Positions 36,196-48,778 of a stretch of DNA of 64,000 bases are shown piece after piece. The DNA comes from Pelomyxa schiedti (Eukaryota > Protista > Evosea). Location: positions 1-64,000 of the forward strand of contig JAHLWZ010000682.1 in NCBI GenBank assembly GCA_020536535.1. Direction: 5' to 3'. Position numbers and translations under genes: made by a program. A model generated the notes under the pieces. That model saw nothing but the letters and a program-made list of their open reading frames with translations, had not been told where the DNA came from and did not search any database. The first letter of the stretch is position 1. Each line of letters opens with the position of its first letter.

Positions 36196-39100
36196 TCAAG
36201 GGCTTTGTTGTTGCGTTTCCTCTGTCACTTTGCCCACCCTTATGTACAACAGACTTGTGTGATCCACCTTTCCAGGGAAGTCTGCAGAACTATCTGGTTG
36301 ACGGGCATTCGGGTTATTCAGCAGCCAGTTTCTATCAAGTGAAAATGTGAGATAAGAAACGTACCAAACAGCCAAATGAAATGTAACCTTATAGGTTCAG
36401 TGGTATCCCTGCAGTACTTCAAAACTCCGTTGACAACTTGCTTTGGGTCATCTATCCCACCACAGTGCTCATTGATTATTGATGTCAGTCTGTCAGAACT
36501 GTGGACACACAGTCAGGCTTACAGTAACAGCACACTATCTTAATTCATAGCATTCACATACATGAATTGTTCCTTTAGGTCTTGCAGTAGAGCGGGGAAT
36601 TTGGTTGCAGCATCATCCCATGACAATCCATTCATAGTAGGTGACAAGTCTTGAGGGTGTTTACCCAGATTCTTAGCATCCAGATTATCATGAACGCCAT
36701 CGCTAAAAAAGGAAAGAGTCAGCGTAATAGGAACAAGGATACCCCCAATCAATGGCAGATAGATGGATATTCACCTGCACATTAAAAATACATCCCCCTC
36801 CTCCACCTCATGGCATAGAATGGTCAAGTTACGTAAGTCAGGGCTGCCATCAGCTGTATGCATTCCTATCCTTCCTCCTGGGTCTCTCACACTATCCCCA
36901 CGGTTTTTGAGTCTATTGAGGAAAGCTTGGTTAGATTGCACCCCAAGTGATTTGAAAGTCCTAACGTGAAATCAGGAAGAATTCGAGCTAGTCTTTTGGA
37001 CCAGTGGAAAACCTATGCGGGTTGGAGTCAAAACGCAAGAGAAGGGAATGATACTTTGCAGTCTCCTACAGAAACTAGCATGCACATCCATTTAAAGGGT
37101 ATCTTTTCCGACTTTTTCTTCACAATAACCTTTGCAGGAGAGGATATTACTCCAGATGCTCTAAGGCTCCCGAGTCTTGGAGCACTCCTGTTGGGATTTT
37201 CGTTATGGGAGGGTTTTAGGAGCAAGGGGAACATACGTGTGAAGTACTTTTGGGGAAGGCAGAAAAGTGTTTGACAAGGCATGCCCAAGGTTTACTGTAC
37301 AGGAACTGGCAACCTGAGAAACCTCATCAAGACATACTACGGGGGCTGATATTTCTTCCGCTCTAAATACAATCCCAGCAAGGATAGTGGTTGACCCAAT
37401 GGCTTCAGTTCTAGGGATTGTAAAAAATTTGGGGAAAATGTATACATCATCCTACGTATTATCTTGGAAGTGAGAACCAAAAATAGATCGATTCGCATGC
37501 GCCAGGGCCCTGAGTAACATCTTGCCAAGTTCTTTTACAGTTTTTACATTTCTAGGATGGGAGGATATTAAGTAGCTGTAGTGCCTACAGAATCTACCTG
37601 CAGTATGTTTTGGAAAATTCTACAAAATTGTTGACAGCATTAGAAGCTGCGTTCTTAGGTTTATCGCCCCAATTGCCTTTAAAAAGTTTCAAGGCTAGTT
37701 TGAGTTACAAGACTTACATCCATCTGCTAATGCAAAAATAATTTTATCTGTTGCCAGGGATACAGAGTATTGATCACAAATGGGGTCTCCCACCTTGGGA
37801 AAACCAAAATTATGGGGAAAAAGCCGTGAATAGAATGGACTACCTGCTTTCCAGGTGTTGTGCTTGGTGGGTATGTTGAGATGACATTTGCACAAAACGA
37901 GGGCAGTAGACATTGCAAACCAGAAATCGAGCTATCAAAATTCCCAATAATTGCGGATTTGGGTGCATGGGCTATTGGTATCTATGGCTCCGTGAGTGCA
38001 ATAAAAAGAGCCATCGAGTTACTTCAGGGAGGCTGGATATATGCTGGTACAATGGAAAAATAATATCCGTTTTTGAAGTCAACTCGACCCTTGAGGTTTG
38101 GTGTTATGTTGTGTGTATGTAGTTTTCTGGCATACCAGACAAAAAGGGTAGACATAGTTGGTTGGTCATCATCATGACCAACCATTTGTATTACACGATA
38201 GCCAGTTTGCATACAATTGACGGGAAGAGCATAATGTGCTATCTGAGCAATACTTCCTGTGATATTTCTTACGCCAAGGCTTATGTATCGTTAAGAGGAA
38301 CAATAGCTTCTCCTTATTGTTAAGAGAAAAACCTAAAAACGAGTACGTCAAGAGAGCTATTTTCAAGAGGAGCTTCAAACACTTGATCCCACTGGGGGTT
38401 GAATGTGCCCCCCTCTGCTCATAAGGTTGGAAAACTCAACAAACAGGAGACTACTTTGTGGTTTAAATCGCTGGGATCTTGTGGCATCAGGCCCCAGGAT
38501 TTTGACTTCCAGTGTGATTTCCAGTGGCTCAGAAATTTTTGATAACCCCCTGGCACTAGAAATCTAGAATACACTAAACAAATAAAGAGCAGTAAATAGC
38601 TAGGTTACCTTAATATGCACATAGGTGTAAACATTGGAATTTGCTGTACTAGGAATAGTATTCTCGAAAACACAGGGATCCTTTGTCATAAACCAAGGTT
38701 TACGAACATAACCAGATGACCCATTCTGTGTGAAAAATCCTAGTGGGAATAAGTTGGGATACCTTAAATCAAAGAATAACCATCATTTGCCCAGTGTTCG
38801 GGAGTGTTCTTATTGGGGAAGAAAGGCACGATTTGTGTGCCATGTGACCACCAGGATATGCTGCGAGGGAAATCAATATATTGAAGAACTGGAGGAGGTT
38901 GCAAACGGGTCACTGTCCGTTATAGACTTCGATGGCAGAATTGCTGTTAGGCCTGTAAAGTTGCGACTTGGAGAGGTGAGGAAAGCATAAGCAGCTTTTC
39001 TTTTGATAAAGGAGAATTACTGTGCAAGTCCAGCCCATTCAATCCGCCCAAGTTGTTTTTCTTTGAGAACAAGAACATCCCAAGCTTTCACTGTTTTCCA

Positions 39101-41697
39101 ACATCAAACTGTGTAAATAGAAAAATAATGATACTGTTCTCTGGCATATTAGGCAGATAGTGCCCATGGAGATAGAATAAATTTTGAAGGTCTGGGTGGG
39201 TATCTTGTGGGTGCCCCTAGCTGTTTTGTAAGAAGTAGAAGAAACAAAGAGAAGAAGAACCAGGAGAATAATTTTTCTTTGCAAAGACATAGGAGAAGGA
39301 AGAACAAGAAGTTTGGTTGGTCGTTTGGCTAAAAGATGGCCAAGTTTTTCTTGAAGTATAGTGGCCGCACCTGCCTTGTTTGACTCAACAAAGATATAAT
39401 GTGGCCAAATTAAGCCTACCTGTTGCTCCTCTGTAGCACCTCTCAAACAAATGTAGATGATAACAGGCCATCTGATGTGAAAACGCACAATAAATGACAA
39501 AAGGAAATAAATCCAATAGGAAAAGTGTACTGTGTGGTTTTGAAGGCATGGTCTTGGAGAAGTGTGACAAAGTGTTCAAACAAACAACACTGGGTCATAG
39601 GTTGCTTGTCTTTGCCTTCCACAAGACAAACTGAAATAAGTAAGAGTAGCAGCAAGCGAAAAACATGAAATCATAACCTTGGAAGAACTTGACACATCCT
39701 TTGGACAAGGCAGAAGAATACGATTCCAAGGAGCTGTGCCTTGCACTAGAATTGATAAAGTACTGGGAAAGAGGTGCACTCATATCCTAGAGTTTTCTTA
39801 TTTTCCACAAGTGGTTATTTGTATTTTTGAGAATTGTGATGGCAATTTTACTTGGTTAAGCTTATGCTGAAGTGGAGCAAAAATTGAGTTTTCTGAAGAA
39901 ATGAGATATTGTTCAAATCCATCCAATTGAAGGGATCCTTCATCCCCATAGGCACCAATGATCTCTCGAGCATCACTAATAGATGATCCCTTTTCCTGAA
40001 GAACCAGTGAAAGTGAGAAACTGATACACATGGTTTACATTTTGGTGGTCCCGCAAGAAAGATACAAGGGAAATTTCGGACAGACTTTCACCTGGGCAAA
40101 TTTGCTCAAATAAATTCACGATCTCATCTCTTCTTAAAAGCTCATAAAGTAAAATATTGAACTTTGTGAAATCAAGCCCTGGCTTATTTGCTGCCATATC
40201 CTATAAAGGACATCACAACCCATAACAAATGAAAAGAAGAGAGTAATAACATCATATAATGTCTTCAGAAGAGCCTTTGTCACTTTGACATCCCTTCAGG
40301 AAATAAATTCAAAGAAGTTAGGGAGTGTATTAGCACATACAGTGTTTTTAAAAGCTCCTTAACTTGCTGTCTGGTCACTAGGGCATCGTCTTGATTAGAC
40401 GTAAGTGAGCACCAGGCAGTTTGAAGTAGCCTAAGTAATGTTGTGGGAAGGGGAAATAGGGTAGTTTATCCCCCCAAACCTACTCTTTGTAAAAATTATC
40501 AACTTGGAATGTATTTACTCTGATATATTCAAAAGCTTCCACCCATTTGTCCCTCAATTCGGAACTAGAGGCAATAAAATCATGTATGGCCCTGAAGGTG
40601 GGATAAGAACATTGTGCAGGTTAGGCAAAGAACCCTTCACGTGTAACGATGCTGAAGGATTTTGCAATAGAAGCTTCTGCTGCCATTTTGCATCTCATGA
40701 ATGTGTGAGTGACTTGACCTTTATGGCATTCGGAAATCATTGTACCATAAAATGTTACACTTCCTAAACACTTGCAGTCAGCAGGAGTGGTGTGACGAAA
40801 CTTCATTACATGAAAGAGTAGTGAAAAACTGTCATATGGGACTTCACATACCCCATAGATGAACTCCGCTGTTTGACCCTGGGAAGCGGAAGAATCTGTG
40901 TTTTTGGTCTGACTCTGGCGTCGTTGGTGGTGTGATTATAATGCACCGCCTGTTGTTACTGTCCACTTTCACTTCGCCCATAACAGGCACCATCTTGCGA
41001 CGCCACCGCATTTGAAGGGTCATATCTGTCATCTACATATTGTTAGCCATTCCAGGCCAAAAAATACAAATTACATTACCAATGAAGGTGCACTAAGTGA
41101 AGAAGGTTTTGAATTTGATCTCCTCAGTAAGGCAGCAACCGAACCCTTTCTTCCCTATGTTGTTTTTTTTTTCCCCTGTAAAAAAGAAGAAGAAGAAGAA
41201 GAAAGAGAATGACAAGGGCATTGCAGGCAAATTTATACCCGCGTAATGATGTCATCACCAGAGGTGGTCAACACAGCTGTGGCAGTAGCCAGACCCGACG
41301 ATGCCTTGGCCCCACTGCCGCCCTCGACTACACCCACGTTTGTAGTTCCACTATTGCTGCTGCTGCTGCTACTACTACTACTACTACTAGTACACGATGA
41401 CGACGACGCTGTTGTGCTTGCTGTGCTTGTTGTGGCCGAGGATGATGATGATGAGGTGGTGGTGAAGGACGAGGACGGCAGAGACGACATGACGGCTCGT
41501 GGCGGGGGCGAGGTGCCTGTCCTGGTGCCCTTGCTGCTGCCTGACGAGCCAAACGAGGAGGTGGTGGAGGAGGATGAGGAGGAGGAAGGAGGGGGGGAAG
41601 GGGGGCTGTGGGAGGAGGAGGAGGTTGTGGTGGGTGTGGTGGCTGGGGATGACACTGGGCCCGAGCTGCACAGCCGTGAGGTTCGGCGGGTAGACAT
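36196..41697 (-). CDS. Pseudo-PI-PLC (PH - EF - degenerate X/Y - C2) fused to a PP2C-like (CG9801-type) phosphatase domain
   Basis: PH: KHRFFRF, SFSIVT. EF: RRDEIVNLF, DGFEQYLISSENSIF. X: DMSAPLSQYFINSS, LPSPMSLQRKIIL. Y: WWSHGTQIV. C2: FNPQWDQVF, QTGYRVIQM. Phosphatase: GDPICDQY, ADGCNWG, LMCSDGVHDN, GKVDHTSLLYIRVG. Stop at 36196-36198. Confidence 0.78.
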
Positions 41698-41884
41698 GGG
41701 GTTTTTTCCTTTCTTCTTCTTTTGGTTTTTTCTGATTTTTTTTGTTGGTTTTAAAGGTCTTTTTGTTTGGTGGAGGTTGTGATGTTTCTCCCCCCTCTCG
41801 GTTTTTTTCGAGCACAGCAACGCAGACGAAAAGAAATCTTTTCGTCAAACCCTCAAAGCCTATGATTACAACCAGGACCGAGCA

Positions 41885-43787
41885 TTAGGTTACGTCGTGG
41901 GGCTCAGTTGTTTCCAGTGCCGTGCGCTTCTTCTTGGAACAGATTCCAAAGATCCCATAAGCCACATCCACGATAACCACCACAGCATATATTACTCCAC
42001 CAGTGAGGTAGGCAACAAATAATCCACAGCACGACCAACCTGGAACCATCAAAAAACTCATGGAAAACCCTGTGAAAGTTGTGGTTGGTATGAAGATAGA
42101 GGATTAAAAAAAAAATTACCAAGAAAAAGTGAAGTGCAATGTAGGCCAAAGACATTCTCAGAGTCTTGAAAACTCCTGACACCTTTCTTTTTTTGTATGT
42201 CCACAATAGTATTAAAATACCTGGTTCAAAAGGTCAACTATATCCGCGCTAAGAGGTGGTACTCATACATGACAAAAGGTGGCAGGAACCCCATTTGCAA
42301 AATTGTAGCGTAAACTGCATAGCAGAATGCAAATCCTATCGGATCCGTGATGTTGACAAGTACCAGAGATAGTAGGATAGTGCCAAACCCAAGTATGACC
42401 ATAGAGGGAATAACAAACCAGTGCCACTTGTCAAGAAGTTTTCCTAGGCATAACGTCCCGGCAATATTGAGAAGAAAACCGGCTGAAAAGACTGTACCAA
42501 TAGCACCAGAACTGGTTTTTGTTGTTAGGAAGATAGTTCCGCAAAGAAAAGTGTGGTAATGCTCACTTGTATCCTAGCTCGTCTGTCATATAGAGGGGAA
42601 TAGCTTCATACGTGAACCCAAAAAACATAAACGCTGCAGCAAGGTCAGCAAATGCACACCATGTTCCCGGATGTTTGGCCATGTCGAATAGTGTCACACG
42701 GTCATGACCGATAAGCTTTCTTTCCTCATCTGGGGCACTGTTCTTGACTTCGTCAACTTGTTCCTTTTGTGGGATTTGAGCCACAGGATCCGTTCCTTCT
42801 ACAGGGGGCTCACTGATAACGTCCTCTGTGAACACTTCAATTTCTTTCTTGAATGATGGTAGTGCAAGGTTCAGCAAAGTAACGAAGAAACTGATTATTG
42901 CAGCTACAATGCAAGGCAGAAAGACATCATCATTAACTTCATACAACCAACCCGAGAGAACAGGAGCAATGAGGGGGCCAAAGAAAGCCATGCTCTACAT
43001 GAAATCCGTAAGTATACAGTAAATTCAAGTGGCTCATACCTGAGATATTCCAAGTGCCCAAGGAAAGTTGTTAGAGTAAGGGTACACCAAGTAAGCTGTG
43101 CACACAGTCCAGGAAATACCAGAACCAATTCTACAGGATATTAAGGATGGAAAGAGAAATGACAAACGCACCCTTGAAATACTCTGGAAACCATAAGTCC
43201 TGTATAAGTTGTAGCAAATGAAAATCCAAGCAAAGATACAGATAGCACAGCAGCAGAACCAGCCATCCATCTTTCAAGAAGGTCAAATTTACACAACGCA
43301 AGAATCAAACCCACATGTTATAGTGCTGAGTGAGACTTGCAAAGTATCCAGTCGGGATCGCAGTGACCAATCCTGCAACCGCCCATATTGCCATAAATCC
43401 CCCCACTTGTGTTGTGCTCAGACTAAGTAAACAATTTCAATCGACAATCACATATATATTATTAACTATTAAATAGTCCTACCCCAAGTCAGTCTGATAC
43501 GCCGGCAACAGTGGTGTTATCAGGTCGAACACACCAAAGTCCAGGATTAGTTGCACACACGTGATCCACAGGGCCCTCTCCTTCTTCCCAGCGACCAGCC
43601 TGGCGCCCCTTCGCGCCCCCCTGCACACACACTCCCACGGAGACGCCCTGGCCTCCTGCGAGTGTGTCACTGTGTTGTCACCGTCTCCCTCGGCCTGCTG
43701 TTGTGAGGATATTGAGGTGGTAGGCGTAGGCGCAGGCGCAGACGCCGACGTGGGTGGTGGGGGTGACAAAGGTGATGTATCTCGCAT
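41885..43787 (-). CDS. Major facilitator superfamily transporter (SLC18/TetA-like)
   Basis: Many hydrophobic exons: CVQLILDFGVFDLITPLLP, FFGPLIAPVLSGWLYE, FMFFGFTYEAIPLYM. Central hydrophilic loop. Confidence 0.75.
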
Positions 43788-44055
43788 TGTTGGCTAACCC
43801 TCCTGAGGATCAGTGGGGCAACGTGCCGTCGGAGTAAACGCACAAAAAAACAAAAAAAACGGATTGGGTCAATGAATGCCCTGAAGGAGAACACATTTTT
43901 TCGTGCAGTGGAAGTATTGCTGGAAGCGGCGAAAAGGATCCAAACAACCGGGCGAACGAACAACTTGGGGGGACGGAAGAGAAAAACTGCAGGGCTGATT
44001 TATTGTAATTTATTTCGGCCACTTTTCGTTGATGAATTGCATGGAGGCTGCGACC

Positions 44056-45926
44056 CTAGAGTTTTTGCTTAGTAAGAACGTAGACTGATGTGGATATGCC
44101 GGAGTTGTCAACCTTCAGGGTTGCGTTGTAAGTGCTGTTTGTTGCTTAAAGGAAAGTGAGATGGATACCTTGAATTCTGATACAAGCCGCACAATGGGCC
44201 CAAGAGAGTCCAGAACGGACTTGACAAGGGCTCTTTCTGAGGTCAAAAAAATAACTCTTCCTTCTGGTCTTACAACCCGGATAAATTCCCGAATGACAGC
44301 AGGATATAGCTTTCTGTTGATCCGGTTGTTCCCTTATGCATTTTAGGATTTTGGTTGGATTTTACTTTTTCGCGTACCACATCTCACTCCATATGGCATG
44401 TCAGATAAAACAATGTCAAGTGAGCCTGTTCGAAGGGGTATTCTTGTTGCATCCCTGGGCCGTTTTGAGTGGTTTTCAATTAGCAGCTTGCATATACCAT
44501 CGTGCAATCTCCAGGTTATGTGAGGTGATAGCTCTCAAATTGGCTTGATTTTCGGCTGCTTTTTCCACAGATAGCCCTTCTATATCTGCCCCAAGGAAAA
44601 CAGTGCGTGGCCATTGAATTGCTCCCTCTGTTGTCAATTGTAAAGGCTCAAATATTTGTTTCATTTCTCATACCAATGGGTATAGTACCACACCCACACA
44701 TGGGGTCACACACAAAGTCTCCATCAGTAATACTTGCAGCTCTTAACATACCATAGGCAATGCTGGGCTTGAGAGATGTTCGCCCTAAAGCCACTCTGTT
44801 TCTTTTGAATAGGGCTTTTCTTCCTCGGTGTGTTAATGAAAGGCCAATCCATGCATATGCTTGAATCACATGAGTGTATACTGTTTTTTGGGGTATGGGC
44901 TTAAGATGTGGCTTCCATTGAGTTTATAAACCTTCCACATCAAAAAATTTCAAGTTGACCTTGAAATTTGTTCATTAAAAAGTCGATAGTAAAGGTGGAA
45001 ACATACTTTCCACTTAACAGAAGCTATAACACCAGCCCCAACGTTTGCTGCAATCTGTTTAGTTAGATGCATTCTACAACAAGTCTTGGGTGGCTCCTAC
45101 TTGGGTGGATGTATAATTGTGGGTGCCCTCTCTGACACAAGTCCCACGAAATGAAAGTGAAGTTGGATTGTGAAGCACTTGGGGTGGACTAAGGTGTTCA
45201 AGTGAGCTTGCTGTGACGTTGGAGTCGGCTACTATTGCTCCACTGTTATCTTGTGATGGTGGGGAAGTAGAAAGGCTCAAAGGAATTGTTTGCTTGGTAG
45301 GTGTTGATGAATCAGCCTGTGGCTTGGGTGGAACCAGAGCCTCCGCTTTCTTTGGCAAGTTACATTTTAGAGTAATTATAGAGACACACCTTCCACAATT
45401 CAACTGCGAATTCCCATGCTCTCACAGGGAATGCCCCAACAACATTTTCGAAGTATGGCAAACCCTCATCTACTTTCTCAGGTACATCTTAAAAAGCAAG
45501 CAAATAAGCTCCCAAAATGAGGAGAAAAGGAAAATGAACCAGATAATAAAGCTACAAATGCAAACACGTTATCTGCACACCTAGTTTGTGGGATTTAGAG
45601 AGTAAGAAAGTGACATAAATAAAAAAAAAAAAAAAAAAGCCAACCTGAGCTTGTAGACGAGCTCTATCGGCGAATCAGAAGGAACGTGGAAAATAACCGC
45701 CCCTGGTGTCTCTTCAACCGTCGCGCTGGTCGAAACAGCACGAAATACTACGGCTGAGGGGATAATCTCACTCAATTCGCGCTCCGCTATAAACTCGAGG
45801 CCTGTGGGTGCACCAAAGTGAATTGGGGGACAGGTCAACCAACACAACGAAAGTGGGCACACCAGCAGGGCACGTCAAAAAGAACCAGTCACGTGCTGCC
45901 TGGTTCGTTCCAAATGTCACGGACAT
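44056..45926 (-). CDS. THUMP-domain RNA (m2G) methyltransferase, THUMPD2/3- or Trm14-like
   Basis: FFLTCPAG|LEFIAEREL, RTSLKPSIAYGML, VCDPMCGCGTIP, VVRPEGRVIFLT. Confidence 0.8.
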
Positions 45927-46411
45927 TCGATGAGAATGATGAAAGTGTGTTTCTGAGAAGGGAGTGGATGATGGTGGTATGTACAACATCGTCCTCGAAG
46001 CTCCTTGATTCCCTCCACCCACTCCCTTCCTAGGTACCCTGCACCCCAATCTCCGCCGCTACACTGGAGTTTGGTACCCCTGCACATATCATTTCCGTAG
46101 TTGGACAAATTCATCATCCATCAAGGGCCAGTAACTGACCCGGTACTCTAATATAGCAATCAAACTTGCCCGAGGAAGGAAGGGACGGATTACTCTAAGG
46201 TGTATTTTGTGCCCAAGGCAACAAAAATAATCAAACCACCAATAGCAGGGAAGTGTCGTTCAGGAAAAAAAAGACGACAACAACCCACCCATACAGTGAG
46301 TTGTTTGTTTGTTTTCTTCTTCATTTTTTTAAATGTCTGTGGTGGTGCACACACTTCGAAAAAATGCTTTTTATTTTTTTTTTGTTTTACACTGACATTT
46401 TTTCCCACACA

Positions 46412-47198
46412 AGTAACGTGATGAGGCCAAATACTGGTACAAGTAGGCAGTCAAGCTTTATAGTAAAAAGAACTCAATTCAACGAAACAAACGAGTTTGA
46501 AAGAAGGGAGAACTGGCGTAAGGTAGCTCTCTATCGATTGTATTTGTTTGAATCGGCGCCGATGTGTTAGTGCTATCCTCTATGATGTTTAGTCGGGATA
46601 CAGATTGAAGTGCGGAGTCAGGAAATCATTACTATCTGTGATGGCGCTGTGGACAATCCATCCGGAACAGTAGACTCTGTCAGTAAAATAAAAACGGCAG
46701 CAAACACAATACAGGTTCTGGCCGACAACATCGCTGTAAACGAGGGTGGCTCTACGGTAACTGCATAATTCCTCACTCCATAGCGGCATTCTAATTCCCG
46801 CTTGACAGAAACGGCGCAGGAAGTCCATGCCTCAACCTCTTACAGAAGACCCCCCACAGATTGTGCCACACCCTCCAGGGGACCCTCCACCTGCTGTGTC
46901 TACTGTCACCGTCACCCTCACCCCCACCCCCACTACCACTGCTACTACTACTACATCTGCTACCTCCAATTTCAACTATTCCAACATAGCCACCACAACT
47001 TTAACTGAATCACAGCGCAATAGACATCATCACCAACACTCCACTTCACTTCCTCCACAATCTGCCATTGATGCCGTAGTACGAGGAGGGAATCAAGCTG
47101 ATCAAAGAACCGCCGATTCCCCCGGTACCGTTCCTGTTGATGTGCCTGTAATAGGTTCTCCCAATCAAACAAAATCCAATCAGCCTCAACAGTCGTGA
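46412..47198 (+). CDS. Small hypothetical protein, three exons, Pro/Thr-rich tail
   Basis: MRPNTG...ENWRK|VGIQIEVRSQ...ADNIA|KRRRKSMPQPL... joined by GT-AG introns in phase. Confidence 0.5.
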
Positions 47199-47912
47199 CC
47201 TTTTCGAGTGTGGTTTGTAAGGAACCTTCTTTCAACGTTGCCTTCGCAACGAAATTAAAAAAAAAAAAATAAAAAAAAAAAAAATAACAATAAAAGAAGT
47301 TGCCTTCAGAGTTGTTATGGTTATTCTTATTCCATCACCACCCCAAATCCCCTATCAAAAGGAGAAGAGAAGAAAGAAAGAAAAAAAAGCCACACATTCC
47401 CAGAGAAGGGACAGACATTGAAGCACCCATAACTTGGTCAGGCCCTACTGCCCGGTCCAGATGGCCGTTGGCAATTTTCTATCAAGGCTATCCGGCACCG
47501 ACATAAACAGGGTGACGCCACTGCCCTTTGCTCCTTCGTAGTCCCCGGATCTCGGAGCGGGATGTGCGTCACTACCGTCAATGGTGACACGCCCTGCTTT
47601 TTTTGTGCTGGGGTTGATCACGCAACAGACGTGGTAAACATCAACGGCTAAAATGGAAGGCAGGGCCTGGGACATGCAAGAAACGGAAAACAATGTACAC
47701 CGAGAAATTATCCACTAATCAACCGGAGCGAACCACCAACTTCCAGGTTTGTGCCCCGGATGTCCATCTCAGCCCATCACGACTCGAAAAAGAGCACAAG
47801 AGCCAACCCGTTTAAAGGCCACCACTAGTGATGTGTTGATTTGCAAAACATTGTTGTTCTTTTTCTTTTCCCAAACGAAATACAGTGTATGCTGTTGTTA
47901 TTTATGGGTGGT

Positions 47913-48557
47913 TTATAGTGTTGATGAGGTTTGGTAACCCTGGTAGGTAGTGGTTGTTGTGCTTGTATTCTGTGGAATTGTCTCGCCAATAATAATTGGC
48001 GCCTCGGCAACTACGAAACAAAAGTCAACAAGAGTCACAAAATGGGGGAATATGGCAAGTGGGAGTAGAGCGGGGAACAACCTGTCACTGCAGGAACAAC
48101 CGTTGGAACAGGCGCGGGGGCATGCTGGACCTCATTGCGTGTTAAGATAGTGTCACGAAGCTCAAACAATGACATGCAGACTTCAAGCACCAGCCTCATC
48201 ATCAAGATAAAGGCGATGCCGTAGACGAGGCCAGACACGGTTCCGAGGATGGCACCACCCGCCCCGTTTGTGAGGGAACCCCTGTAGATTCTGTTCACAA
48301 GGAACATGATGCTAACAAGGAATGAGCAGTAGTACATCCATTGTGCCAAAGCTGTGCCCTAGTATATCATGTAATGTATAGTGATTTAGGGGAGGGGTTC
48401 ATAAAGTTATGTGCGAGTACAACAAGAGAGAATGCAGAAAAGAGGGTGTTACGATGCGCACCTGGTAAATGCGGAAAAAAACAAGCTCAGCAGGTGCCAA
48501 GTGCCCGTTGGGTATTATAGAGAACCGGTCGCCGCCCATTGGTGCATAAGACGTCAT
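47913..48557 (-). CDS. Small two-TM membrane protein, DUF4282-like
   Basis: Spliced model FFRIYQVRI|GTALAQWMYYCSFLVSIM...GLVYGIAFILMMRLVLEVCMSLFELRDTIL. Assigned on pattern resemblance only. Confidence 0.5.
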
Positions 48558-48778
48558 GATCTCCGCTCCGTCCTTTGTCGTATTTTCTTTACAGTTTTCT
48601 TGAGATCTTGAGATCTTCACCTACCGTTCCTCTGGACCCAGAGAGCCATACTTGAAGGATTAAATACCCACAGTGTACGTGGCAGATTGTTTTTTTTCTC
48701 TCCGCAGGTAACTTATGCCAAGAGCCCAACCTTCGAGCAAATCTCGAAACAACATTTCGTACGTGGCCTTTCAAGGCG

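Noticed and set aside
36240-36480. Apparent extra + strand exons after the M28 gene
   Set aside because: Better explained as the last minus-strand exons of the PLC-PP2C gene (GKVDHT motif).
47445-47860. Short minus-strand ORF (82 aa) that might be a small gene
   Set aside because: No clear start or homology; support is too weak.
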